Shown: positions 19,282 through 28,439, numbered from the stretch's first letter. The stretch is DNA of 64,000 nucleotides from an uncultured Pseudomonadota bacterium (GCA_963843375.1 CAWJKT010000004.1:320001-384000); one strand, 5' to 3'. The notes: a model not told the origin generated them from the letters alone. Translations and numbers: made by a program.

Positions 19282-19285
19282 CATT

Positions 19286-19609
19286 ATGAGCTCGAACGAA
19301 CTTCCATTGAACTGCATTGGTTTCGATTGGGATAAGGAAAACCTTTCGAAAAATTGGGAAAAGCACGGGGTGGGTTTTTGGGAGTGCGAGGAGATTTTTT
19401 TTAACCAGCCCCTCTTGCTGGCTGACGACACTCGGCATTCCCGGGAGGAACGAAGGTTTTACGCCATTGGAAGATCGGATTCGGAAAGGCCGTTGTTTTT
19501 GGCCTTTACCGTTCGCCATCGGAAGACCCGGGTAATCTCGGCGAGGGACATGAGCCGGAAGGAAAGGAGCGAATACAAAAATGCAGAAAAAAAAGATACC
19601 AACCTTTAA
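19286..19609 (+). CDS. brnT: BrnT family type II toxin (RNase)
   Basis: FDWDKENLSKNWEKHGVGFWECEEIF...HSREERRFYAIG...RVISARDMSRKER. Confidence 0.92.
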   Translation: MSSNELPLNCIGFDWDKENLSKNWEKHGVGFWECEEIFFNQPLLLADDTRHSREERRFYAIGRSDSERPLFLAFTVRHRKTRVISARDMSRKERSEYKNAEKKDTNL

Positions 19610-19874
19610 ATCCGAGGAAGAAGAAAGGGTGTTTTGGGCAAAAGAAGACTCAGTGGAGTATGTCGATTGGAGCGAGGCCAAACGGGTCGTTTTCCCCCAT
19701 TTGAAACCGTCACTCAAGACGATTTCCTTACGCCTACCCGCGTCAATGATCGAAGAATTAAAGATATTAGCGAACAAAAAAGATGTGCCCTATCAATCGT
19801 TAATGAAGCTTTTCCTGTCGGAACGCATTACCCGGGAACTGTCTATGGCCTCCACACATTCTTCCAAACACTAA
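19581..19874 (+). CDS. brnA: BrnA/CopG-like antitoxin (C-terminal ribbon-helix-helix)
   Basis: IPTFKSEEEERVFW...TISLRLP...LANKKDVPYQSLMK; overlaps the toxin 3' end. Confidence 0.88.
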   Translation: MQKKKIPTFKSEEEERVFWAKEDSVEYVDWSEAKRVVFPHLKPSLKTISLRLPASMIEELKILANKKDVPYQSLMKLFLSERITRELSMASTHSSKH

Positions 19875-20014
19875 AGAAACATTAAGACGTTTGCTTATAT
19901 TATTTAGGCTTTTTATCCTCTGTTCATTAATTTCAACCAACTTCAAGTAACTTTTAAATAGCAGGGAGGGTAGAAGCTTTTGAGGTAAAGTCATTGAAAA
20001 TCGAGGGGGAAGTG

Positions 20015-20590
20015 GTGAAAAAAATGGTTAAGTGGTTTATGGTGGCCCTGATGGTTCTCGTCTTTAGGACTCATCTAGGGCAAGCTGATTCAATGAATGG
20101 AGGCCAAGACATGGGTGCCGATAATGCCGCGACGCCGGGAGAAGGAATGAAGTATAAAACCTATACGAAGGAAGAGTTGAAGAAAAAGCTCACCCCCGAG
20201 CAATACGAAGTGACCCAGGAAGAAGGGACCGAAACGCCTTTTCACAACGCTTATTGGGACAATCATGCCGAAGGGATTTACGTGGACGTGGTTTCGGGCG
20301 AACCTCTTTTCAGCTCCGCCGACAAGTTTGATTCGGGCACTGGATGGCCCAGCTTTACCCGGCCCCTGGAGCCGGCGGACATCAAACAAAAAGAAGATAA
20401 AAGCATGTTCATGGACAGGACCGAGGTCCGCAGCCAGCACGGCAATTGCCACCTGGGCCACGTATTCGACGACGGCCCGGCCCCGACAGGACTGCGCTAT
20501 TGCATCAATTCCGCTTCCTTGAAATTCATCCCCAAGGCGGATTTGGAAAAAGCAGGCTACGGAAAGTATCTGAAACTTTTCAAAAAGTAA
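20015..20590 (+). CDS. msrB: Peptide-methionine (R)-S-oxide reductase with an N-terminal signal peptide
   Basis: [33 protein letters not shown] and RYCINSASL; start GTG 20015 or ATG 20024. Confidence 0.93.
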   Translation: MKKMVKWFMVALMVLVFRTHLGQADSMNGGQDMGADNAATPGEGMKYKTYTKEELKKKLTPEQYEVTQEEGTETPFHNAYWDNHAEGIYVDVVSGEPLFSSADKFDSGTGWPSFTRPLEPADIKQKEDKSMFMDRTEVRSQHGNCHLGHVFDDGPAPTGLRYCINSASLKFIPKADLEKAGYGKYLKLFKK

Positions 20591-20750
20591 CCCCTTTGAA
20601 TAATGATGTTTTGAAGCTTTGATAACGACCCAGATGCGGCCATCAAAGCCTCTTTTAACAATCCGTTAAACTTTTGAAAGGGCCTAGTTTTGGATCTGGA
20701 CCGGGTTCCATAATGTCCTCCAGCATTTAGCTGGTGAAAGGAATCTGGAT

Positions 20751-22199
20751 ATGGCCTTTGCTTTTTCACGCTGGTTTGTTTGCGTCCTTCTCTGCTTTAT
20801 TCTTCCTTCACTCACCCCTGCGGGGGAATCCCTTCCTTGGGGGAACGGGCTGGTCGCCGTCCCCGAGGGAACCTTTCTCATGATGTCGGACCTGCACTTT
20901 GACCCCTTTGCCGATCCAAAGCTTGTGCCCGACTTGATCCAACATCCCGTGGAGGATTGGGAAGGCATCCTCGATTCTTCCCAGTCCACGGGTTTCGCCC
21001 CTTATGGAAAGGACTCCAATTGGCCCTTGCTGATTTCGGCCTTGCGGGAGGCGAAAAGCCTGGGTCCTTTCGATTACGCCCTTATCACCGGCGACTACTT
21101 GGTGCACGAGTCCCGCAAACTATTCGAGCCCTATGGCGGTAAGGATGAGAAGGCCTATGAGGATTTCGTGAAGAAGACCGAGGTTTTCGTAGCCCGCGAA
21201 GTCCAAAAGGCCCTGTCGGGTCTTCCGGTTTATTTTTGCCTGGGGAACAACGACTCGGAATGCGGCGATTACATGATTGCCACCCACAGCGATTTTTTAG
21301 GCCAGCTTTCCGGGGAATGGGGCGTTCTGGAGTGGCGCCCGAAGGCGAAAAAAAGTTTCGCGGAAACGGGGAACTACTCCTTGCCCCATCCCACGGTGCC
21401 GGGGATGGAACTGGTCGTCTTGAACGACGTCTATTGGTCCAACCGATTTTCGCCGGATTCCTGCTATCCCGAAAACGGCGACCAGGGGAAGGCGGAGATG
21501 AAATGGCTGGAAAGCCGGTTGAAAGACGCCAAAGCCAAAAACCGGAAAGTTCAGTTGGTCATGCATATCCCCCCGGCCGCGGACGTTTTCGGCACCTATG
21601 CTAAAGGCCATATGGGCATGTCCTACGCCCAGGCGGCCCAGCTTTTTTGGGCGCCGAAATACGAAATGGCGTTCCTAGACCTGATGAAGGCTTATCCGGG
21701 GGTGGTGGTTTCGGGTTTTGCGGGCCATACCCACATGGATGACTTCCGGATTTTCAGCGAGGGGAACAACTCCTTCTTCATCCACATTTGTCCCGCCGTC
21801 AGCCCTATCCGGGGCAACAACCCGGGCTTCCAGGTGGCCCTTTACGACCGTGGGACCGGGGCGATCAAGGACATGGCGACTTTCGATCTGACCAACTTGG
21901 TATCGGCGAAATCCGCCAAGGAAGCCCGATGGGAACTGGAATACGGCTTCGACAAAGCCTATGGCTTATCCGGATATGACGTCCCATCCCTTTTGACTCT
22001 GACGAGCCAGATCCAAACCACGGATTCCATTCGTCAAAAATTCTCTCTCTATTACCGGGGTTCGGCGCCAAACACGGAAAAGGGGAAATTCATCCCGGAT
22101 GACGCATGGAAAATCCTGAACTGTCTCCATACCCAGTGGACAGAGGAAGGATTGGCGGCGGCCCTGAGCGGCCCGGCGACGCAGGGTGCGGGAAAGTAA
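20751..22199 (+). CDS. Secreted metallophosphoesterase, acid sphingomyelinase/SMPDL3-like
   Basis: Calcineurin-like motifs SDLHFD, TGDYLVH, GNND, MHIPP and AGHTHMD, plus PAVSP...NNPGF and W.LEY.F..AYG typical of ASM-like enzymes. Confidence 0.82.
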   Translation: MAFAFSRWFVCVLLCFILPSLTPAGESLPWGNGLVAVPEGTFLMMSDLHFDPFADPKLVPDLIQHPVEDWEGILDSSQSTGFAPYGKDSNWPLLISALREAKSLGPFDYALITGDYLVHESRKLFEPYGGKDEKAYEDFVKKTEVFVAREVQKALSGLPVYFCLGNNDSECGDYMIATHSDFLGQLSGEWGVLEWRPKAKKSFAETGNYSLPHPTVPGMELVVLNDVYWSNRFSPDSCYPENGDQGKAEMKWLESRLKDAKAKNRKVQLVMHIPPAADVFGTYAKGHMGMSYAQAAQLFWAPKYEMAFLDLMKAYPGVVVSGFAGHTHMDDFRIFSEGNNSFFIHICPAVSPIRGNNPGFQVALYDRGTGAIKDMATFDLTNLVSAKSAKEARWELEYGFDKAYGLSGYDVPSLLTLTSQIQTTDSIRQKFSLYYRGSAPNTEKGKFIPDDAWKILNCLHTQWTEEGLAAALSGPATQGAGK

Positions 22200-22217
22200 A
22201 GGATGGATTTATTCTTC

Positions 22218-22242
22218 CAATTTATGATTTGATCATAAATTG
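22218..22242. promoter_or_regulatory. Perfect AT-rich inverted repeat, operator-like
   Basis: CAATTTATGAT-TTG-ATCATAAATTG with 11-bp arms and no GC-rich stem or U tail. Confidence 0.45.
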
Positions 22243-22437
22243 AGCCAACACCTATAGGGTGCCGCCAATGGTATACACCTTATAACACCTTGATAAATTG
22301 CTATTGGATCCCCGCCAAATTTAAAGATTTAGTAATTTTAAATTTTTTGTATAAAAGTCCGCTTTGCCCATTTACACCCTACTTCCGCTTGATTATTGTT
22401 CCTTTGTGCAATCGTCATTAAGGGAAAGGCGCGGGGC

Positions 22438-23187
22438 ATGGAACATTGGGAAGCTTGGTGTAACCTGGGAGGGTCCCTCCTGGGCGCTTTGGGCGGACTC
22501 TACCTGACCTATGATATCCTCGGCGGTAAGGACGGGCCGCTGGCGGGAGTCACCCGGGTGGTGACTTACTCGGCCCTATTCGCTTTCTCCTATAGTCTGG
22601 GACTGGGGTTGAGGTTCGGGTTGATTGCCAGCCTCGGGATGGGTTTGATCCTGGGGTACGATTTTTACTTGGAAGCCCGCCGAGTCCATATCAAGGGAAA
22701 ACCCCGGCATTGGACTATCGGAGTGATTTTGGGTTCAAGCCGCGCTTTGATGCTTTCCCTGGGTTTGATGGCCATCACCAACGGGCGTATCTTTTTGTTT
22801 CTTTTCCCGATTTACGCCATTTTTATCTGTGGGACCTACCTATTGGGTTTCTCGCCCGCGGACAACCTCAAGGTCTGCAAGCGTCTGGAATTGAGAGCCT
22901 CAAATTTTTGGGTTTCGGTGCTCCGGGGGGTGGGCGCCGGGCTTTCCTTCTGGGCGGCGATTTCCATCGTTACGGCTATAACCGGCCAAATCTTTTCTTT
23001 CGCTCCCGCTTGGCGGGTGGGATTGACCATTGGCGGGACCAGTTTTTTCGTCGGAACCTTTACACCCTGGGTTGAATGGTGGGTGGATCGGTTGTCTCGG
23101 CGCTGGCTGGCAGTGGTGGGGGTCACGTTCGCTATTCTGGGATTCCTGATTCAGGCATTTCCTAATTGGATCATTCTTCTAAAATAA
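22438..23187 (+). CDS. Hypothetical polytopic membrane protein
   Basis: About 7 Gly-rich hydrophobic segments; start taken as the ATG at 22438. Confidence 0.7.
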   Translation: MEHWEAWCNLGGSLLGALGGLYLTYDILGGKDGPLAGVTRVVTYSALFAFSYSLGLGLRFGLIASLGMGLILGYDFYLEARRVHIKGKPRHWTIGVILGSSRALMLSLGLMAITNGRIFLFLFPIYAIFICGTYLLGFSPADNLKVCKRLELRASNFWVSVLRGVGAGLSFWAAISIVTAITGQIFSFAPAWRVGLTIGGTSFFVGTFTPWVEWWVDRLSRRWLAVVGVTFAILGFLIQAFPNWIILLK

Positions 23188-23211
23188 AAAAGGCCGTCCA
23201 AGGAGCTCCCT

Positions 23212-23856
23212 ACGAGATTTGATATAAGCCAAATTTCCAAGCGTGATACCTACAACCTTATCAACGGCCTAGTGGCCCCGCGTCCTATTGCTCTGGTCAC
23301 CAGCCTTGGGTCCAATGGCATTCTCAATGCCGCCCCTTTTAGTTCTTACAACTATCTTTGCCTGGACCCACCCATCCTGGGGTTCGGGGTGGCGGTCCCG
23401 CCTATCGGCAAGGAGCTTAAAGACACGGCCCGCAACATCGAACTATCGGGAGAATATGTTGTCAATGTGGTGACCGAGGACATCGGACGACAGATGAACA
23501 TCTGCGGGGTGGATTTTCCGTCTGACGTGAGTGAGTTGGACATGGCGGGCTTCACCACCGAACCCTCCTTGGTCGTCAAGACGCCTCGCATCAAGGAGGC
23601 CCATGCCGCCATGGAGTGCCGTCTCTTTCAGATACTCAAACCAAGCCCAGGCCCAGCGCGCATCATTTTGGGGAATGTGGTGGCGGTTTTTGTTGAGGAC
23701 CGCTTTATCGACCCCAAGGGGCCCTATATCCTCGCGAAGGAACTTCATTCTATCGGCCGCATGAACGCCTTGAACAATTACGTTCACACCCGGGATGCCT
23801 TCTTTGAAATTCAAAGGCTAAATTATGAGATGTGGCAGAAGGGTGAAAGGGGTTAA
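23212..23856 (+). CDS. Flavin reductase family protein (FMN-binding split barrel), apparent ACG start
   Basis: VAPRPIALVTS, NAAPFS, KDTARNIELSGEYVVNVV and PRIKEA.AAMEC. The in-frame N-terminus RFDISQISKRDTYNLINGL begins at ACG 23212, just after SD AAGGAG. Confidence 0.88.
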   Translation, partial: TRFDISQISKRDTYNLINGLVAPRPIALVTSLGSNGILNAAPFSSYNYLCLDPPILGFGVAVPPIGKELKDTARNIELSGEYVVNVVTEDIGRQMNICGVDFPSDVSELDMAGFTTEPSLVVKTPRIKEAHAAMECRLFQILKPSPGPARIILGNVVAVFVEDRFIDPKGPYILAKELHSIGRMNALNNYVHTRDAFFEIQRLNYEMWQKGERG

Positions 23857-23858
23857 GG

Positions 23859-25550
23859 ATGCGTTGCCGCTATAGGGTTGAGGTGGGCTGCTTCCTGGTT
23901 TTCGCCCTTTTCACATCCGGTTTTGCCCTGTCCCAGTCCAGTGCCCATCCAAGGGGGCTTGTGGATACGGGGTGCGGCCCTTGGAAACTTTCCCTTACTC
24001 CCATGCCGGTCGTTCCCATGGACGAAATCACGGTCTACGCTTTCAGCCAGAGCGGCAACAACGACAGCGACCCCCAGGTTTTGGATCTTGCCCCGGATAT
24101 CAACATCCGGTCTTGGTCGAAATGGGACCGTTACGGGGTAGAGGCTTCCGACTACAATTTCAAATACGTGGACGACTGTCACGCCTCCCACGTCCGCTTC
24201 ATCGGCGGCCTCACCGCCACCATCCTTTTCGCCGACGAATTCCCGCCGGAGGCGTTCGACCGAATCGCCTGCCGAAATGCCCAAGGTGCTATCGTCAATC
24301 ACGATAACATTGTGCCCGGCGCCCACCGGGGAAGTCTTGCGGACCCGGAATACCGGGATTACTTGGTAAAGATCTGCGAAATCCAGATTGACGGGGGCGT
24401 GGACGGTCTCTTTTTTGACGAGGTGGACCAGGATTACCAGGGGGAAAGGTACGACAACAACGAGGGCTTTGACGACTACCACCTGGCCGATTTCAACGCT
24501 TACCTCCTAGCCAAATATCCGCAAGGAACGGATTTCGGAAAGCTTTTCAAAATGGTCCCCGGCAATACATTGAAGCGCGATCTGCCTCCCGGAGACTTGA
24601 GGAACAACTTCAATTACCTTCGATACCTGGATTTTTACGGCTGGGCCGCCAATCCCCTTTCGGCGGAAAATCCCCTGGCTGCCGAATGGGGGAAAAGCTA
24701 CGACGACCACCCCGAGCCCGGGGCAAAGACCTTCGTGAGCGCGGCCGAGCCCTACCGCTATTTTGGTCTCATCGTTAGGACACTGAAGAACTACGCCAGG
24801 AAGAAATACGGCCGGGATCTGCTGGTAACCGGAAACGGCATCCTCCCCAACGTGGATTTCGAAAGTATCGGCCTGTGGGACTACAACCACGACGGTGATG
24901 GGGGAAGCATGGCCGATTATGTTCCGGTTGTGGAGGGACACTTGAACGGCAGGGTCTCCCTACAAAGAGTGTTTCGCCGCTTTAAGGCCCAATCGCAAGT
25001 CCTCGCTCCCGGCGCGCCAGTGGTGCTGTTTATCGACTGGCCCACCCCCACACTCAACCGCTATACGGCTCTTCCGCAAACCGAAAGGGAGGATTATTGG
25101 CGTCTTTACGCTGCGGAGGCCTATGCCAACGGGCTTTTTTTTGCTTTTCACCTGAAGACCACCACGGGGGAACCCAAAGCCGACCAGCAGGACATGATGC
25201 CCTTTTTCAAAAGTTACACAGCCTTTTACCGCTCCCATGCCGTCCTTTACCACCATGTCACCCCATTGGACTCGGCGGCCACTTGCTCGCTTTCCAGTGC
25301 CATGGTTGCGGTGGCGCAAGGGAAGGACCGGGTGCTGGTTCACCTGGTGAACCACGAATACGACAAGGGGTTTCAGACCCAACACGACGTGGCTGTCACG
25401 ATTCCGCTGGATGTACCACCCCAGGAAGTCACGGTGGCTTCGCCCGATTTACCCAATGATATGCCGCTGAAATATTACTATTCGAAAGGAAAACTTTCAG
25501 TGGTTCTTCCCATGCTGAGGGCCTATTCGGTAGTGGTGGTGAAGGAGTAA
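23859..25550 (+). CDS. Secreted putative glycoside hydrolase (TIM-barrel-like with a C-terminal beta-sandwich)
   Basis: Signal peptide; SLADPEYRDYL...QIDGGVDGLFFDEV; C-terminus VLVHLVN...VASPD...LPMLRAYSVVVV. Family not assignable by eye. Confidence 0.6.
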   Translation: MRCRYRVEVGCFLVFALFTSGFALSQSSAHPRGLVDTGCGPWKLSLTPMPVVPMDEITVYAFSQSGNNDSDPQVLDLAPDINIRSWSKWDRYGVEASDYNFKYVDDCHASHVRFIGGLTATILFADEFPPEAFDRIACRNAQGAIVNHDNIVPGAHRGSLADPEYRDYLVKICEIQIDGGVDGLFFDEVDQDYQGERYDNNEGFDDYHLADFNAYLLAKYPQGTDFGKLFKMVPGNTLKRDLPPGDLRNNFNYLRYLDFYGWAANPLSAENPLAAEWGKSYDDHPEPGAKTFVSAAEPYRYFGLIVRTLKNYARKKYGRDLLVTGNGILPNVDFESIGLWDYNHDGDGGSMADYVPVVEGHLNGRVSLQRVFRRFKAQSQVLAPGAPVVLFIDWPTPTLNRYTALPQTEREDYWRLYAAEAYANGLFFAFHLKTTTGEPKADQQDMMPFFKSYTAFYRSHAVLYHHVTPLDSAATCSLSSAMVAVAQGKDRVLVHLVNHEYDKGFQTQHDVAVTIPLDVPPQEVTVASPDLPNDMPLKYYYSKGKLSVVLPMLRAYSVVVVKE

Positions 25551-25681
25551 CCCTTCTTCTTTTTCTGTCCATCCAGGTCTCCGACGTGGACTTTCCGGAT
25601 CCGCAGGTATTCGTCCCGACTTTCGAAGCGGTTTTGCCTTGAGCAATACCTGGAATGGAATTTTTTTCCGCTTTTGTCCAA
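25523..25681 (-). CDS. Possible small basic protein (52 aa)
   Basis: TTG start 21 nt after the epimerase stop with a purine-rich SD-like AGGA; MDKSGKKFHSRYCSRQNRFESRDEYLRIRK...; overlaps the convergent gene end by 28 nt. Confidence 0.25.
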   Translation of the reverse strand: MDKSGKKFHSRYCSRQNRFESRDEYLRIRKVHVGDLDGQKKKKGYSFTTTTE

Positions 25682-25702
25682 TATGGCTCTGGTTCCTGTC
25701 CT

Positions 25703-26596
25703 TTACCGGGACGCCAAATATTCCAGATGCTTCGCGATTTCTTTTGTTGCCTTAAATTCCAGGCCGAATTCTTTTTTAATCAGGCTCATGTCAAACAACG
25801 TGGGCTTCGGGTTCCAGCCCTTGTCCTCGACTAAGATCTTGCTTTTGGAGTCCGTGATCTCAATGGCTTTGTGAGCAACCTTTTCCCAAGTCACGAACTC
25901 GCTGGAGAGGCCGAAGAATATCCGGCGGTTTAGATCGCTTTTCAAAACAGCGCTGTACAACTTCGCCAAGTCGCCCGCCCAAATGAACTGGGTGCCATCG
26001 TGTCTCGTGACCCTAATGGATTTGTTTTTTTTCGCTGCCCCCGCGATCACGGTGAAACGCTGGTCCGGCTGGGTGACCCCATCGTTAAAGGCGGGATTGC
26101 CGAAGGTATAGCCAGGGCGGATGATGTTACAGCGAATCTTCGCCTTGGCGGCGAAGCCCAAAAGAAAGGCCTCCGAAGCCGCTTTCGTGGAGCCGTAAAG
26201 GTCCATCGGTCTAAGATCGATGTTTTCGTTCATGTGCGGACGGAATTCCCCCACCGCCGCCGTCGAGGAAGTATAAAGAAACTGCTTCACACCGGCCTCT
26301 TCCGCCTCCTCCATCAAAAAGGCCGTGACCGCCGTGTCTTTTTGAAGCATGGTGGTGGGTGTTTCCCCCCAACCCAGGGCGATATGTACGCAGGAGTCAC
26401 AACCCTTCAGGGCCTTTTTGAGGACCGGTTGGTCGTAAAGTGTGCCCTTCACGATTTCGACGCCAGGAATGTTTTTCAGCGAGGGGATCTTGGACATGTT
26501 CCGGATCAAAAGACGAAGCTGGTAGCCCTGGGCCAAAAATTCCTTGACGACCCAATGCCCGATAAAGCCGCTGCCACCGGTAAGAAATATTTTCAT
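25703..26596 (-). CDS. NAD-dependent epimerase/dehydratase (extended SDR)
   Basis: TGGSGFIG, YTSSTAA and YGSTK. Confidence 0.92.
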   Translation of the reverse strand: MKIFLTGGSGFIGHWVVKEFLAQGYQLRLLIRNMSKIPSLKNIPGVEIVKGTLYDQPVLKKALKGCDSCVHIALGWGETPTTMLQKDTAVTAFLMEEAEEAGVKQFLYTSSTAAVGEFRPHMNENIDLRPMDLYGSTKAASEAFLLGFAAKAKIRCNIIRPGYTFGNPAFNDGVTQPDQRFTVIAGAAKKNKSIRVTRHDGTQFIWAGDLAKLYSAVLKSDLNRRIFFGLSSEFVTWEKVAHKAIEITDSKSKILVEDKGWNPKPTLFDMSLIKKEFGLEFKATKEIAKHLEYLASR

Positions 26597-26657
26597 TTTT
26601 CAAATCCCACTTTTTAGATTTTATCCGGGCATTTTCCATTGAATTGGCCCCGGCTCG

Positions 26658-27329
26658 TTAAAGGTTCTGGGAGTCCTCTCCGGAATATTTTTCAATGTTT
26701 TGTAACATTTGCTCATTTTCATCGTTGGAAAGATCCCTCTGCTTCTGCCGGAGGTCCTTGAGCTTTTGATAAACATCCTTGGTGGCCGCGAAATCCCCTT
26801 TCCGCTGAAAGCTGGAAAGCTGTTCAGAGAGTTGGAAGAAATCATCGTTGAGAAGCTTCACTTTTTCGAGGGTGGCCAGGTTCTCCTTCAAATAGCTGAG
26901 TTTCTTAAAATCCCCCTCCGGGGTTCTGCCGATTTCCTCCTGAAGCCGTTGGAGGCCATGATCAAACCGCAGTGACCTTAATTTGTGCCGGGCCTCCAAA
27001 ATGGGGATCTCCTCGTCCCAGGTGGCGTCCCTTTCGGCCGTAAGGTTGTCCATTTCCGTCTTGCATTCGGAAGCCTTCTTGGCGTCCCCCGCCTTTTGCG
27101 CTTCTTCCATTTTATCCTTCAGCAATTCTTGAGCGAGTTGGAAGAGGTCCAAGTTGAATTTCAGTTCCTTATCCTTATTGCTGTCTTCCAGGGCGGTGAT
27201 CTCTTCGTGAAGAGTCGTGATCTGGTCTTCCGGATCCGGGGGATCGGCCATGACCCTGGACGCCCCCAGGCCTAAAAACAGAAAGGGGAATGAATAAAGG
27301 AACCCATAGAAGATGAGATTTTGTTTCAT
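26658..27329 (-). CDS. Secreted coiled-coil hypothetical protein
   Basis: Signal peptide followed by E/K/L-rich helical sequence; SD AAGGAG. Confidence 0.7.
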   Translation of the reverse strand: MKQNLIFYGFLYSFPFLFLGLGASRVMADPPDPEDQITTLHEEITALEDSNKDKELKFNLDLFQLAQELLKDKMEEAQKAGDAKKASECKTEMDNLTAERDATWDEEIPILEARHKLRSLRFDHGLQRLQEEIGRTPEGDFKKLSYLKENLATLEKVKLLNDDFFQLSEQLSSFQRKGDFAATKDVYQKLKDLRQKQRDLSNDENEQMLQNIEKYSGEDSQNL

Positions 27330-27360
27330 TTTGTCTCCTTAAATAATTAATGACCATCCT

Positions 27361-27404
27361 AAAACAGAAAAGCCTTTTCCGGTGTTGGAAATGGCTTTTC
27401 TTTT
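27361..27404. terminator. Intrinsic terminator hairpin just upstream of the 27329 start
   Basis: AGAAAAGCC.TTTCC-GGTGTT-GGAAA.GGCTTTTCT with T runs on both strands. Confidence 0.65.
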
Positions 27405-27533
27405 GACGCCTCGGAAAAAGCCCTTGGGCCGTCGGTAATCTTTATAGGTTTTTCTCTTCTCCCGTTTGACGGGTGAAAAACAAGCCTTTCGGTTCTGTTC
27501 CTCGGAAAGACAAATTGATCTACTGCCCCTCGT

Positions 27534-27788
27534 TTAAATCAAACTCTTGTCAGCCTCCGGGGAACGGGGTGGGCCCAGGGAAAGGGCCCCAGATGGGCAC
27601 TTTGCCACTTGTTTCCTGATTTCCTGTGAGGTTGCGGCCATCGGCTCGATCCATGGTTTGCGGCGGGGATCGAAAACCTTGGGCAGGCCCTCGAAGCAGT
27701 AGCCCGCATGGAAACAAAGGTGGGGTTTCCAGACCACCGAGAGTTCGCCGTTGGAGTAATGCTTGGTCATCTCCCTTTTTTTATCCAT
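27534..27788 (-). CDS. Divergent 4Fe-4S mono-cluster protein (Fer4_19/YjdI-like)
   Basis: VVWKPHLCFHAGYCFEGLPKVFDPRRKPWI...VAKCPSGAL. Confidence 0.88.
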   Translation of the reverse strand: MDKKREMTKHYSNGELSVVWKPHLCFHAGYCFEGLPKVFDPRRKPWIEPMAATSQEIRKQVAKCPSGALSLGPPRSPEADKSLI

Positions 27789-27808
27789 GTTTTTCTCCAG
27801 GAACGGTA

Positions 27809-28003
27809 TTAATCCTCATCCAACAAAACGAATTCGGTCTTGGGGGCGCCGCAGGAAGGGCAAGTATTTGGAGGGTTGGAGCCCCGCGGAATCAGTTCGC
27901 CGCAGCGAAGACATTTCCAAAGAATTTCGGTTTGGTCCTGGTTGGCGTCGTATTGGTAGTCGGGGGATAAACCGGAATTAGAGAGAGATGGCTTGACTGG
28001 CAT
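27809..28003 (-). CDS. Rubredoxin-like small protein
   Basis: WKCLRCG...PPNTCPSCGAPKTEFVLLDED; start ATG 28003. Confidence 0.8.
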   Translation of the reverse strand: MPVKPSLSNSGLSPDYQYDANQDQTEILWKCLRCGELIPRGSNPPNTCPSCGAPKTEFVLLDED

Positions 28004-28025
28004 GGCAAATCCCCTTTCCCTTTCT

Positions 28026-28439
28026 TCAATCGGCAAATAATTTGACTTCGATATTTCCCCGGGTGGCTTTGGAGTAGGGGCAAATCTGGTGGGCAGCGTT
28101 CATCAGTTCCATGGTTTCTTCTTGCGATAGGCCCTGGGCTTTTCCGCGCATTTCCACCGAGAGGAAATGGCCGCCCGCGTCGTCAGTATTGAAGCTGACC
28201 AGGGCGGTCATTTCCACGTCCCTCAGGTGTTTCATTTGTTTGGCGCCGATGGAGCGGAAGGCGCTTTCGAAACAGGCGGAAAAACCTGCTGCGAAGAGCT
28301 GTTCGGGATTAGTCCCCCCGCCGGGGCCGCCCATTTCCTTGGGCTTCTTCAAATCGAAATCCAAGAATCCATCCGAGGAATGGACATGGCCGGAACGGCC
28401 ACCGTGGGCCGTCGCAACAGCGGTATATTCGGTCTTCAA
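28026..28439 (-). CDS. ohr: Organic hydroperoxide resistance protein (Ohr/OsmC family)
   Basis: GGRSG, PKEMGG, TNPEQLFAAGFSACF and AHQICPYSKATRGNI; SD AGGAGG. Confidence 0.93.
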   Translation of the reverse strand: MKTEYTAVATAHGGRSGHVHSSDGFLDFDLKKPKEMGGPGGGTNPEQLFAAGFSACFESAFRSIGAKQMKHLRDVEMTALVSFNTDDAGGHFLSVEMRGKAQGLSQEETMELMNAAHQICPYSKATRGNIEVKLFAD

